A DNA stretch of 64,000 nucleotides from the human T2T-CHM13v2.0 reference genome, Homo sapiens (GCF_009914755.1 NC_060928.1), one strand, 5' to 3'; positions 23,871 through 47,406 are shown, numbered from the stretch's first letter. Translations and numbers: made by a program. The notes: generated by a model not told the origin, from the sequence alone.

Positions 23871-24857
23871 ATGGGGAAAAAACGGAGCAGAAAAACCGGA
23901 AACTCTAAAAATCAGAGCACCTCTCCTCCTCCAAAAGAATGCAGCTCCTCACCAGCAATGGAACAAAGCTGGACGGAGAATGACTTTGACGAGTTGAGAG
24001 AGGAAGGCTTCAGAAGATCAAACTACTCTGAGCTAAAGAAGAAAGTTCAAACCAATGGCAAAGAAGTTAAAAACTTTGAAAAAAATTTAGATGAATGGAT
24101 AACTAGAATAACCAATGCAGAGAAGTCCTTACAGGACCTGATGGAGCTGAAAACCAAGGCACAAGAACTACGTGATGAATGCACAAGCCTCAGTAACCGA
24201 TGTGATCAACTGGAAGAAAGGGTATCAGCGATGGAAGACGAAATGAATGAAATGAAGCATGAAGAGAAGTTTAGAGAAAAAATAAAAAGAAATGAACAAA
24301 GCCTCCAAGAAATATGGGACTATGTGAAAAGACCAAATCTACGTCTAATTGGTGTACCTGAAAGTGACAGGGAGAATGGAATCAAGTTGGAAAACACTCT
24401 GCAGGATATTATCCAGGAGAACTTCCCCAGTCTAGCAAGGCAGGCCAACATTCAAATTCAGGAAATACAGAGAACGCCACAAAGATACTCCTCAAGAAGA
24501 GCAACTCCAAGACACGTAATTGTCAGATTCACCAAAGTTGAAATGAAGGAAAAAGGGTTAAGGGCAGCCAGAGAGAAAGGTCAGGTTACCCACAAAGGGA
24601 AGCCCATCAGACTAACAGCTGATCTCTTGGCAGAAACTCTACAAGCCAGAAGAGAGTGGGAGCCAATATTCAATATTCTTAAAGAAAAGAATTTTCAACC
24701 CAGAATTTCATATCCAGCCAAACTAAGCTTCATAAGTGAAGGAGAAATAAAATCCTTTACAGACAAGCAAATGCTGAGAGATTTTGTCACCACCAGGCCT
24801 GCCCTAAAAGAGCTCCTGAAGGAAGCACTAAACATGGAAAGGAACAACTGGTACTAG
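23871..24857 (+). pseudogene. L1 ORF1p, open for 328 aa, with a premature TAG just before the normal C-terminus
   Basis: MGKK...REKG...ARREW...YPAKLS...RNNWY*; canonical human ORF1p is 338 aa. Confidence 0.9.
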
Positions 24858-24919
24858 CCACTGCAAAAACATGCCAAATTGTAAAGACCATCAAGGCTAG
24901 GAAGAAACTGCATCAACTA

Positions 24920-28765
<3,846 letters not shown>

Positions 28766-28948
28766 ACACTGAGAATACATGGACACAGGAAGGGGAACAT
28801 CACACTCTGGGGACTGTTGTGGCGTGGGGGGAGGGATAGCATTAGGAGATATACCTAACGCTAAATGACGAGTTAATGGGTGCAGCACACCAGCATGGCA
28901 CATGCATACATATGTAACTAACCCGCACATTGTGCACATGTACCCTAA

Positions 28949-31699
<2,751 letters not shown>

Positions 31700-33732
31700 A
31701 CAATGAGAACACATGGACACAGGAAGGGGAACATCACACACTGGGGCCTGTTGTGGGGTGGGGGAAGGGGGGAGGGATAGCATTAGGAGATATACCTAAT
31801 GCTAAATGATGAGTTAGTGGGTGCAGCACACCAACATAGCACATGTATACACATGCAACAAACCTGCACGTTTTGCACATGTATCCTAAAACTTAAAGTA
31901 TAATTAAAAAAAAATCTTTACCAAATCCAAAAGATGCTACTGATGTTTATTTTTCTGACAGTTCATTGTGCAAAGTAAAATCCTATCCGACTTGTTAGGC
32001 ATCAAACCATGGCCAGAATGCCCAAATGCTAAAAGTTAAAATGTTATTCATCTTGGAAATAAGAGAAAAGACCACCCAATAATTCTTCTAAAAATAATTA
32101 ACAGCAATATTTGCAACTTATTTACAAGTAGCTTCTGCAGAAGTTATACCTCCATTGAAAAAATCTGGAGTCAAATACTCTTTAGTACAAAATTGAACGA
32201 TGGATGCTTGTTAAGTTTCATTGTCCTGACCAGAGAGCAGTGGGATTGGCACTTAATATCTCTAAAAATACCCTGAACAATAGGAACACATCAAAGGATG
32301 CAACTGTCTCTGTCTCATTGTGAGAACTGTCAGGATTCTAAAGATTTTGGAGACCATAGACACACATACACACATTTCCCCCTCCCCTGAAAGACTCAGT
32401 TATAGACAGAAATGTGAACAGTACAAAAACTGAGCTCAGCTTTCTAAGTCACCAGTATCTGGTAGAGCTCTTGGGTTTTTACTGATGTTTCATGTTCCTG
32501 TAATTGATTTTCATCATGAATGCATTATGCATTTATAACTGGTCTGAAAATTTAATGCATTATCTTTAAAATCTAGCTCAAAGGTATAGTCACACAAGTT
32601 GATGTGTGTTCAGAGTATCAACCATGCAAATCATACAGCAGGCATGGAGGCAGCTGGCACAGGGTAGAAAGTTCAGCCAATGCATGTCCTCATAATGCTT
32701 CAGGTGCGCCCTCTCCAGCAGAGCCACTCTGATATTCCTAAGATAATGCATCTCTGGCATTAAAGTAAACCTTTGATATGGGATCTGATCCTTCTTCAGT
32801 GACATCTTGGGACTATTAACATTCTCTTTATTCTCTGCCATTAGCAGTGAGGAATGACAATAGGCAGGTGGCAGCAAAGTGGAGGGGCTGAGGGGGAGCT
32901 GGCATCTGCATTTCGTTTGTCTGACTTCTACACAGCACCGTATGGTTTCTCACATCTCTCAGTGTAGTCCTTGGATTTGGTGGCCTGCCTTGCTTCCTGC
33001 CCTCATTGCTGAGAGGGGAGAACACATAGCAGCTGGTGTCTCACCACCCACCAGTTTGCAGGCTTCACCTGATACAGTTCTGGGAAAGTCTCCCTGGAGC
33101 ATCAAGCCAGCTGGCTGATTCTCTTTGTACAGGGGAGAGACTAAACTTTAGAAAACATTTAGTCTCTGGGGGAGTCAACTGGGGGAACCCGTTAAATTGA
33201 GAACTAAGTGCTAGCATTAAGTAGCTCTGGCTCTGGTTTCCTGTTCACTCAAAGTCTCCACAGAGATCTGAGTTTAGCTGAGGCTTTGAGCCTGACTTTC
33301 AGCCTCTGTCCTCCCCTCCGATTGCTGGGAGGTGCTCGCTCCCTCTGAAAGCCAGGTGATCGTGGGGCAAAGTGTGGCTTGAGGATCTTCCTGATGGCCA
33401 AACAAGGGTGATGATGATGCAAGAGGTGCTCAGTGTGCAACTGGCCCGGGGTGTATCTGCTGCCGTCCCACCTGCCCTCCCATGCTGCAGCCCAGAAGAG
33501 AAGCCAATGAGCTGCACAAGTGATACCTTGACTCACAGACAAATATAATGGACATGGTGAAAGGTTGGGATGTCCTCAGAGAAAAAGTGAGGGGAGAAAT
33601 GCTTTCAGACATAGGAGTTCTCTTGGAGCCTTGTAAGATGATGTGACTGCTATGTGTGACTGAGGGGACACAGAACATCCAAGTATAATGTTTTCTCCCT
33701 GCTTTGAGGGCAACGCAGAAAGACAGACATTA

Positions 33733-33969
<237 letters not shown>

Positions 33970-35088
33970 TCAAACCTCCATCCCTAACTTGTGGGCCAAA
34001 GTGTTTCCTGTTATAACCTGTGGTGATATAGTCAAAATCTGTCTGGATCCCAAGACTGTCCTATATAATTTGCAATGGAGTTTTCCAAGTTTCAGAAAAT
34101 GTAGAAAATGCAGAAACTGAGAGATTTTTCTTTTTCTCAATAGGAAGAAGCTCCAATGAAAATAATGCAAGTGGGGAAACTTGTACACACCTTGTAGGAT
34201 GACTTGATTGATACTACTTTAAAAAATATGCAGAATTTCTTTTCCCACAGTCAGTAGAAAACTGCAAGTAAAGGCTGATTTCCATTAATATTTGGGATCT
34301 AACACAAAAGGGCAAAAGAGCTCCTGAAAGCATTCAGTAACACCAATGCCATTTTAAGTTGTGGCTTCTGGTTGTCAAATCAAAAGCCAGAGTAGAAGGC
34401 TCTGGGGTTTCACGTAGGTAGCCGTCATATCTGCACAGTTGATTAACTCAACTACATGGTCATTCCCATGTGCCAATCATTACTAGCTTTTATCTTCGTG
34501 GCAGAAGGGGCATTTGGTGGCTACAGGAGGGCTTCCTAACTGAACTTTCTCTGAACTTCGCTTGAAAGAGTCCACACAGAGATGTCAGGAACTCCTTGAG
34601 TCAGAAGCTTTTCTTCTAACTCCCAAGACTCCAGACTACAGGCAGAAGTAGTCAGAATTTTCTGCCTGGGGCAAGAAGAGAAAGAACTATCTGTTTTAAG
34701 TCTGAGGACTTCCTCAGGACATTCCATGCATGACTGACTCTCTTTCTGTACTCCCTGCCTCTCACCCCTCTGCAATGGAGCAATGTTCTTGAATATTTCT
34801 ATTCTGTTCTCTCACTTGCACCTCCTTTTGTTCTAATAGTTCCAAAAACCTCATTTGCCTTGTGTTAGAGGGTGCTGGGCTCAAATACTTAAAAAGTACC
34901 TCCAAATCAGAGAAGAGTTCAGGGAATTGCTACCTTTTAAACTGAAATTAGAAGAACGCCAATGCCAAAGATGAGATTGGCTGCATAGAGGATATGATCA
35001 GATTGGGGATTAGAAAAAAGGACTGTAGCAACAAGGATGTGTTATTATGTTTCCAGATTATTGTTGAAGATGCCCTGCAGATTTACTA

Positions 35089-35802
<714 letters not shown>

Positions 35803-36154
35803 TACTACTTGGAAGGAGTATATTTCATTCACTCATCCATTCACTCCTTTATCTGTGCATTCATGCAACAAGTAGTATATACTAAGAACTGTGCTCAACA
35901 GACAGAATCAGCACAATGGTGATTTGGCTCCTTCCGTCAGGAAGCACAGCAGGAGAGGCAGACATTAATAAAATAATACAGAAGTAAAGTACTTAGTGAC
36001 AACAGTGTTAAGTACTACATTAGAATAAAAGGGAGCTTGGCGAGGAGGTGCTTATAACTGGGAGATTTATCCTAGTTGGGGTGTTCAGGGAAGGGCTCCC
36101 TAACAAAGTGACGAAGCTGAAACCTAAGGGGTACATGGGTCATGGTTTACATAG

Positions 36155-36627
<473 letters not shown>

Positions 36628-37136
36628 CTGTATCTTTGTTTCTATTCCTACATATTTCCTGCTGGTTCTAATTCTCTGGAGACTCCTGACCAATATATCC
36701 TCCAATTAGAGTGGAGGATTGCTCTCTGTGAGAGCAAAATCCTCGTTTGCTTGATTCACTGTTGCATCCTGGCAACCCCAGTTCTTGGCACACAGTTGAT
36801 GCTTAAGTTCCTAATCTGAACTTGCTCACCAACTGGTGTTGCTCCTGGGAAAAAGGCAAACACTCTGGTCCTTTGACCATTCCCTGGAGGCAGGGCTCTG
36901 CTGTTTTCTGCACATAGGCTGAGTCAGAATGACAGCAAGGCCATTCATTAGCAATCAAATAAGATGATTAATATCCCCAAGTCTCAGTGGCCTGTCTGTA
37001 GGATGGAGAAGTATTTACTACAGCGGAAAAGCCTTCCCCAGAGTCTCTGATCCACAGACACTGGTCGTTGTTCTCAAACACCCTCAGTTATTTCTCTCTA
37101 TGCACTGGTCATTCTTACACCTCCTCTGGATGCTAA

Positions 37137-37443
<307 letters not shown>

Positions 37444-37616
37444 TGGATGCTTAGTTTTTATGTGTCAGTTTGGCAAGGCTGTAGTATAGTTATTCAATTG
37501 ACACAAGTCAAGATGTTGCTATGAAGGCATTTTGTAGATGTGGTTAATATCTACAATCAGTTGACCTTAAATAAAGGGGATTATCCTCAACAATCTGGGT
37601 GGGCCTTATGCAATCA

Positions 37617-38061
<445 letters not shown>

Positions 38062-40489
38062 TCAGGCTTGCCAGATCTTACAATCACATAAGCCAATTCC
38101 TTGAAATCTCCACCTGTATCTATATCTCCATTTCTATATATCTCCTGCTGGTTCTGCTTCTCTGGAGAATCCTGACCAACATATCCCTCCAATTAGGACA
38201 CAAGCTGTAGGAGAATAAAATTCTGGTTTGCTCAATTCGCTGTTGCATCTCCGGGACCTAGAACAGTTCCCGACACACAGCTGATGCTCAGGAAACATTT
38301 GCTGCATGAACAGATATTTATTTACCCAAGGACCTAGCACTCCTCCCTGCCTCCACATGGTCAAGTCTCATTCATGCACTCTTCCTGAATCTCTGTCACA
38401 TTCGGGACTTTTCTTCTCTCAGCGTGGCTCCCTCCTGCATTGGCTCATCATCATTTTCTCTGTGTCACTTCAGTGGCATCGAAACTGCTCTCCACACTGC
38501 CAGTCTTTTCTTGTTCTCTTCATCCCACTCATTGTTGCCAGATTTATCTTCCTAAAATATAGCACTGGTTACGTCACCCCCGTGTTCCATTCTGTTCTGT
38601 GCTGAGAGCTGGGTACAAAGATGAATAAGACAAGGCCCTGCCCTTCAAGGCAGCATCACAGTCATTTAGCGATTCACTGTTAACGACAATGGAAAGGCCG
38701 TGGAAAGGTTGCACTCCTGGATCTGCTGGGGTTTTTTTTTGTTTGCTTTAATTGTCCTAGGCAGGCTACCTTAGCTCTGTAAGATTCAGCTCCTCATCAG
38801 TGAAATTTTGTCTTATAGGTATGGGCTTCATGAGTGAATGAGTCTGTGTGTGTGTGTTTGGGGTGTGGGGAGAGAGAGAAGGGGCGGGGAAAGGGAATAA
38901 ATAATACTCACAAAGCTTAAAACATAAGTCCTGGTACTCCTTAATTGTAAACTACCATAAATCTTATTAATAGCATTGTATTACATCTTATTTTAAAGAT
39001 ATTATGTGATTATTATGATTTCTACTCTTTTGTGTAACCTTCCTAACATGGAAAGCAGATAACTACAAATTTTAAAAAAATCAGAGGGAGAACTAAGGGC
39101 AAAAAAAGAAAAACTGCTGAAATGCCACACAGGGCAGTCAGGCTTATTATTAATTCACAATCATTTCTTTTTGGTAGCATATTGATCATCAAATATGAAA
39201 ACTTTATCCTTATAATTGGGATTGGAAAGCAGTATTTTTCCTCCTAAGTGGAAAGAAAAGTAAAAGTCAACAGACTAAATAAACAAACAAAAGGATAGGG
39301 AAAGGATCTGGAGTTGAGTGAAATGCACCAGTTAGTAAACATCTCCAAGGCAAAGTCCATCTCATCTTTTTTATAGGATTCACAGGATAGCAGTGAATCT
39401 TCCCATGGTTTAACAAGTGCTGAGTGAGAAAGCACACACGGAAGACAAGATAATCCATCTCTTAACAATCCCGACAAATTGGAAATACAACAAAGAGTTG
39501 GCCAAAACTGTTTTCTTTCCTCATTCACCAAAGGGAAGCAAACATTTTAAAAATAGTTCTTCAAACACCCGAAAACAGAGGATGCAGACAACTGCATAAT
39601 GATGCAGAGATGATGATGAATAATAAGTTCTCACACTTTTTGGCAGTAATGACAAACCAAGCTAATCTAATTTCCACATCTATTGATTCTTGTTTTCTGC
39701 TGTTCTTTCACCTATATGTGTGATTCCCTCCCCAATTTAATGACATTTTTTCCCCAGCTGGAGAGAGAAAAGGCTGTTCTGTTTTTCCCATCTCTTTCAC
39801 TTTTGTAGACACCGTTGGACCCTAACACCCTGCAAGTGAGATTAGGACCCTGTGGTTTTCCTTTGGCACCAGTGCAAGCTGTCTCATTCTCCTTAGTGAA
39901 GTGGTTATTAAAAAATGTGACTCACTCAGGTACCTGAGAATCCCATACTCCCAGGCAACATGAACTATTTTAAAAAGATACCTAGTACTTCTATGCATAC
40001 CCGAAATGTTTCTGCAGAGCCTCTGAATCTTATTTGCAAAACTGTCAATAAAGAGTGAATTTTAAATTAATGAACACTGACATTAATGTCAGTAATTAAT
40101 GAATGCTGACAGTATCTACCAGTTATTGTATCCCTACTATGTACCAGGCATGTTACATACATAATTAAATCACAAAAGCCCTATGAAGTAGAAATTATTA
40201 TTTCTGTCTTATGGAAGAGAAGGCTGAAGCTCATTAAAGTAAATTATCTGAAGAGCTAGTCAGCTGCAGAGCTAGGATTCAAATTCCAACTGACAGTCAG
40301 TGTTTTTACCCACTCTATACTCCTCACCCCATCCTCAAGCTGTCACAGGTAAGGGGGGTAGTTGGAGGTATTCAAACCTTTATTCTTTCCCAGTGTATTT
40401 CTTTGCTCCAGCTTAGCCTCTCTGAGCCTTAGTTTCTTCACTGATAAAATGAGGATAACAGCAGCACCTATCTGAGGCACCCAATACTG

Positions 40490-40820
40490 TCACCCAGTAT
40501 GTCAGCTCTCCATCTCTCCAGCACATGGGGAGATGACAAGCTCTCCTGGTGGTGGCTATGGCCATGTGACTAATTCTGGCAGATAAATTATAAAGAGAAA
40601 TGACAGATTTCACTTCAGGTCATGGCATTTAATTGCTGACCTATCAATTAACAATGTTTGAGATAGTGACTGCTTTGTCAGCCTGACTGCCATGAGTAGA
40701 TACCCTCTGCTGACACACAGTGAACACAAAGCATGAGTGAGATATCCTTGCTGTGTTAAGCCACTGAGAGTTGGGTTCGTTGCTGTTACTGCATCAAAGC
40801 TTCGCCTATCCTGACTAGTA
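40490..40820. mobile_element. Old MLT1-type MaLR LTR fragment, apparently splitting a MIR
   Basis: tggccatgtgactaattctggc...tgtgttaagccactgagagttggg...cctatcctgactagta. Confidence 0.55.
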
Positions 40821-41137
40821 AAATAACTTATGGGGCTGTTGTAAGGGTTAAATGCTTGTTTGTATAGTGCTTCATTAGTAAGTGTTCAGGGGATAATGGT
40901 AATATTAACTATTTTAAATGATGTTGGTACAACATGCACAGTGACAGGTCATAAATACAAATAAAACTGCTACTGAATTCAGCGAAGGGAGAAGTTTGTG
41001 AGGAAATTAAAAGGCTATGGGATACGGTAAGGCCTTTTGTACAGCCTAAAGCATGGGAAGAACTTTGAAGCATTTACAGTGGAGGAAAGAAATTCAAAAA
41101 GAAGGGATTTACATAACTCAACATATAGAAGAAGCAA

Positions 41138-41362
41138 AAGTTGAGTTTCCCTCATCTGAAAATCCAAACTCTGAAATGCTCTAAAATCTGGAAAATTTTG
41201 AGTGCCAAAATGGTGCTCAAAGGAAATGCTCACTGCAGCATTCTGGATTTTGGATTTCCAGATGAGGGGTGGTTACTGGTAAGTATAATGCAAATATTCC
41301 AGAATTCGAGATGTGAAACACTTCTGGTCCCAGGCATTTTGGGTTAAAGGATACTCAACCTG
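41138..41362. mobile_element. Tigger4/MER46-like MITE
   Basis: Inverted termini agttgagtttccct ... aggatactcaacctg followed by TA. Confidence 0.75.
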
Positions 41363-41779
41363 TATTATGATATGTATGGGTTGAAATGTAGGCTATGTTA
41401 AGTGGATGAACAGAAAATGAAGTTGGAAAATATGATTCTAAATCAACATTCTGAAATAATCTAGGAAAGAGGTATGAATGGTGAAGAAAATAATGGACGG
41501 GAGCCATGCTTTTCCCTGTTCCTTGTGATGGTGAACTTCACATCATTAAGTTATTTCCTTCTATACTTTTCCATCTTTCTATGTCTCCTATACAGGAAGT
41601 CCTTGTGATGGGGATGATCTAGTCATCACTTGCTATGTGGTGTTGATTAAGTCAAGTAAGTAGACACCAGTCTCATCCTACCATATCCTCAATCCCACTG
41701 ACCTAGTGCCACACTGTGGGGACAATTCTGCTAATGGGCTTGATCTGAAATGGTTGGGCCAATTATTTAAAAACATCAT

Positions 41780-42098
41780 ATTTATTTATTTATTTTTAAA
41801 ATTTGTTTATTTATTTTGAGACAGAGTCTCGTTCTATTGCCCAGCTGGACAGTGCAGTGGCGTGATCTAGGCTCACTGCCACCTCCGCCTCCCAGGTTCA
41901 AGTGTTTCTCCCACATTAGCCTCCCAAGCAGCTGGGACTATAGGCACATACAACCATGCCTGGCTAATTTTTGTATTTTTGTAGAGACAGGGTTTTGCCA
42001 TGTTGGCCAGGCTGGTCTGGAACTCCTGATCTCAGGTGATCCACCACCGTGGCCTCCCAAAGTGCTGGAATTACAGGTGTGAGCTACTGTGCCCAGCC
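41780..42098 (-). mobile_element. Alu (AluS-like)
   Basis: TSD taaaaacatcat at 41768-41779 and 42099-42110. Confidence 0.92.
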
Positions 42099-42768
42099 TA
42101 AAAACATCATTTTTTAAAAAAGAAAAGACAAACGGAAAAAAGCTGCAATATAGCACCAGTAGTAATCATATTCTGGCTGTAGTTATAAACATAATAACTT
42201 TGTTTTGGCAAGCAAATATGATAGCAGTTTCATGTGATAGAGCAAAAAAGAAAAAAAAAAGAATGCAATAAGGTAAATTGCTGCTCACCGCACAAGCACT
42301 GTCCTTCTACGAAAAGTCTGCTTTCTTTTCAGGCTCACAGAAACAAGTTTGGAAAGTAATATCCAGAAAACATACAGAGGAAGTAAAATTCTTAAAACTT
42401 GGCTAAATTTGATTTAGTTTCCTTGAGGTGCTTAGACATTTTGCTTAGAGTGAGAGGGGGTTTCTGAAGCAGATTTTTAGCCAAAACCATATCCCCAGAG
42501 GTATGAAAGTACAACAGGGATCCCTGAGCAGGAATAAGTGTGGCTATGGTGTCAACTCCACAGCCAATGATACAGTGCTGGCCCAGAAGTCAGAAAACCT
42601 GGCTTTACTTTGGGCCCTGGGACCAACTTCTTTGAGTTAAGGTTTTCTTTTAATAAAATACAGGGGCAATCATTGATATCTGTCCTATCTATATTACAGG
42701 CTGGTCTGAGCTAAAATTAGACATTATATGCAAAAGTGCTTTGTGAAGAGTAGAGTGCTTTTGAAAGT

Positions 42769-42872
42769 TAAAGTGTTATAATATATATATATATAAATAT
42801 ATATATATTATATATTTATAATATATATATAATATATATAATAAATATATATATAAAGTGTTATAATATATA
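42769..42872. repeat. Interrupted (TA)n tract bracketed by a direct repeat taaagtgttataatatata
   Basis: Repeat seen at 42769-42787 and 42854-42872. Confidence 0.9.
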
Positions 42873-43539
42873 AAGAACCATTTATTCCACACAGCTCTGC
42901 ATTGCGTTAGATTTATAGCATGAAAGAAAAACCAACAACTTAAAAAAACAAAGAAAGGATATCAGATCCTGTTGCTACTAACATCAATTTCTTTTTAAAC
43001 TACAATGGAAGAAATTTTTACTTTGGGAATGCAAGCTGGGAGGAATTGCAGGACCCTCATTTTATAGTGTGTCTCACTCCTTGGGTTTCTGGCAGAGGGA
43101 GGCTCTGTGCTTAGAACTTAACTCTGTTCTAATTATATCGTTTGGCTGGGGCAGCAAAGCTAGTTGGCATTCATCCCGTGTGTCTACTTGATTAATATAA
43201 CTGGGGATCAGGACATTTGAAGCCAGAATGCCATATTTAACGAGGTTATTACAGTGCAAGACTTCTGTCCTAAGGCGACATTTGCTATGTTGAAAAACAA
43301 CATCATTTACAGCACTGCCATCTCTTTCATGTTCCCTTCCTTTATTCCCTTAAGTGATATATTTTACATATATAATGTTGTACACATAAAAATCTGAAGT
43401 AATCAAAGAAAAACGATAAGAAAACACTTAGCAAACTCCAAACTTAGAAATACTGTGTAATTTTTACTAATGTGTAGAGTGAACTGTTGTTTTTAAAATT
43501 CTATTGCATAGCTTCTTTGGTACTTAAGTTTTTTTCCAT

Positions 43540-44150
43540 TACTTTAAATGAAGGTATAATGTACCACAAAATGCATAAACCTTAAGTGAGCTTGATGATT
43601 TCTTAAGTGTGTGTATGTTTACGTACATACCACCCAGATGAAGATATACACCATCCTATCACCCCAGAAAGTCCTCCTGTGCCCCTTACCAGTCAATACC
43701 CACTCTCTGCCATGTGACCATCATTCTAACATCTGTCACCATATATTAGTTTTCCCTGTTATTGAATTTCAAATGGAATCATAAAGTATGTATTCTTTTT
43801 TGTCTAGCTTTTTAAATTCAAAATAATGGTTTTCAGATTCATCTGTGCCTTGGTGTACATCAATAGCTTGTTTTTTTATTGCTCAGTAGTATTCCATTGT
43901 ATGGGTGTACCCCAATTTGTTTGCAGATTTTCCATTGTTAGACATCTGTACTGTCCTCATTTTTTGGCTATTATGGCTAAATGTGCTATGGCCACTCTTG
44001 CATCAGTCTTTCTGTTAATATATGCATTCATTTCTCTCAGGTATATATCCAAGAACAGAATTGCTAGGTCACAAGGTAGGGTGTATTTAACTTTAGTGGA
44101 AACTGCCAAACAAATTTCCAAAGCTGTTGTGCTATTTTAAACTCCTACTA
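43540..44150 (-). mobile_element. Old L1M (L1ME/MC-type) 3' fragment
   Basis: aatggaatcata...tagtattccattgtatgg...gaattgctaggtcaca...aactgccaaac; boundaries approximate. Confidence 0.7.
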
Positions 44151-45010
44151 CACTGCATAACTTTTAATTTGGCCAAGTATATAAAATTCTGTTCTTGGAA
44201 AAATGGGTTTAAAAAATAGTTTTTATAAACTATTTGAGTGAGATGCCATACACCAGCATAAATTTTCATATAAATTTGAAAAGAGTAGTTAATTGATCAG
44301 TTATCTTATTTCTTGATAGGGAAGGATTAAAGTAAGGAGGAAGAGATAAGAACACAAAATTCGTTAATTTTATAGCATAAATTTTAAATTGTTAATTAAA
44401 AAAGCATTATAAAAAATAAAAATACTTAATAAAAAGATTCACCAAAAACACTAAAACAAAATGTTAAAAATAGTATCACATTTTATCAATTCTAGGCCAT
44501 ATCATTCTTCATTCCCATTTTAACCTATCTAAAATTAGGAAACATCTTACAATCAATGACAATTTATATTAAATATGATATGATATAAAAAGAACTTGTG
44601 TTAGTCAATAGTAATATATCAAAGAAATCAAACATATGGGAATTTAAATTACCTTTATATTTGGCTATCAGATGAGAAAGATGCTTTAAAAATTTACTAC
44701 TCCATGGTTCTGAGAGAGTGCTAGCATAAACACTCTCACATACTGCTAATGAGGTGTCAATCATTACCACCTTTCAGGAAAGCAATTGGATAAAATTTTT
44801 CAAGATCCTTTAAAATTCCTTTCAATCTAGTAAGTTCACTTTAGGAATGTATCTGAAGGGATAAATACAGAATAAATATATAAACAACTAACCTCATGAT
44901 TTTATAATGATGAAAAACTGGAAGCAATTTAAATGCTGAACAATGTTGGAGGGTAGTTAAATAAACTCTAAAAACGAACTATTATGCAACTACTAAAAAT
45001 TTTTAAATAA

Positions 45011-45325
<315 letters not shown>

Positions 45326-47354
45326 TAATTTCTAAAGTTTTTAAAAAATGTTTTTTATTGCTGAATGAGAAAGTAGAAGAAAAACAATATTAATTGCTTG
45401 ACTCTACAGTGTTTAAAAACATACAAATATTTATATATATATTATAAAAATTAATTATGCCAGCATTAATAATGATTATTTCTGGGTGGTCAGATTATTT
45501 TTGTTTACTTCTTTATACTTTTCTCTGTTTTCAACATTTTGCACAATTAGCAGTGAAACCTTGAAAGTTATTTTTAAAAAACACATTTAAAAACAGCTAT
45601 AAATAGATTGACCAATTCATAACATAGGCATAAAACAGTAAGTCAAATCCTATGAAAATCTGCTAATTTCTGTCGCTCTTTTCAAAAAAAAGGAACTTGG
45701 AAAAAATCTGTTCCTAATCAAGCCTATGTAACAGGCACCGCAGGGTAAAATCAGGACAGGTCATCTCTGTCTGGCTAGAAAGTGCCCTTTTGTTTTCGAC
45801 TTCACGAGTTATAGGACTCATAATCGGAATCCTCATCACATTACAGCATTCTGTAAACATTTTTTTTTACTCATAAAGAGCTTGGAATTTTCTGTCTACA
45901 CATTCAATTCATTTGACTCATCTTAAAATCAGACTGATCCCTGGGTTTAAAAATGTTAAGGGGCTAGTGTCTTTTTTCAGTGATTTCAGTAAAACTTGAT
46001 GGTAACGCTAAGTTTTCAAATATTAAAATGATGTTCACTTTTTTTTTTACATAATTCTTCCTCATGTTACGCTATTTATTATGATCATGTCATCCCTGGC
46101 AGGGAGAGTGAGTGAGAGGCTGCCCTAGCCCCCTAAAGAGGGAATTTCACAAATGAATATCAGAGTCCAACTTTGATTTTGCCTCGGTTGTCATTAAGGA
46201 TCCAAGATATGAATCCTATATTTGAGTTTAGGGAGAAGCAAGGAGGCTATGAACTACCAGGGGCGTTTCCGTCCAATGAGGATAAGGAAGCTCTGTGGGA
46301 CCTAACGAACAAACAACCTTCCAAGGCCTGGCAGACTCAAGATGCTGTTAATAAGACATTTTTGGTGTGGGCACTGTGCTGTCACCTACATTAGCTCAGT
46401 AAACCTTACTAAATCAATTTTTAGGAGGTAGGCAAGTCACTCTGAGCCTTAGAGTCTGTGCTTGTTTAGAAAGCTTTACCAATTGATTCCCTTACTATTT
46501 CTCATGTGCTTTACACTAAATGTCTCCCAGTGCTGCTTCTCTGGCAGGGGAAAAATGCCATCTGTCCTTGGGGACAGGAGTTCATGGAATATAGTACTTA
46601 AAGAGTCAATTAATAATGAGGTCCATGTTAAAAATATACATCAGTCACATTAACTGAGACAGAAAAGCAGCTGTCTGTCTGGTTAGACGGACAGGGATGA
46701 TTTGTGAATGTTGTGTCAATTCTCGACACATGGTACAAAATAACAACTAATTCATTAAAACTAGTAGACCATATTTGGGTTTTGACTTTTCAACAGCCCT
46801 CAAAAAAGTCCTTTTCCAAGTCTCCAGGTCTATCCCTTTTAGGTTCTTCTGTCTGACTCAGATACTCAAATGTCATTAGAAATCCCTTTGCAAGTTAGGG
46901 TATCTATTGCCACAATTTATACAAACAAACTTCATTTCTCCTTTCACTATTACTGCTCTGTATCAGGAACCATTTATTCTGTTTTTTATTTTTGGTCTCA
47001 TATGAAACTGTTTAAAAAATTTCCACTTCATCTCTTTCAACACTAAGGCTTTTAGTTATGTTCTGGTCTTTGTAAAAGTATAGCCTTACATTGCAAATTT
47101 TTAAAAAAGTAAACAGTATAATATATTCTATGTCCCAAATTACAAAGGGGAGCTCTGGAACTGATACAGAAATTTAACCTTATTCCTAAAAGGAAAGAAG
47201 AGAAAGAGGAAGGGTAACACAGTGTTTACCAATAGAATCAGTTATCTATTTAGAATGGAGCTTTGCTTCTGAGACCGGGTTGTGAAAGTGCTTTGGGGCT
47301 GGATAACTCTGAAGAAAGGCTTAAGAAGATAAGCCAAGGCTGATCCTCAAGTGG

Positions 47355-47358
<4 letters not shown>

Positions 47359-47403
<45 letters not shown>
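47359..47403. repeat. (TG)n microsatellite, about 22 units
   Basis: Seen directly. Confidence 0.97.
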
Positions 47404-47406
<3 letters not shown>

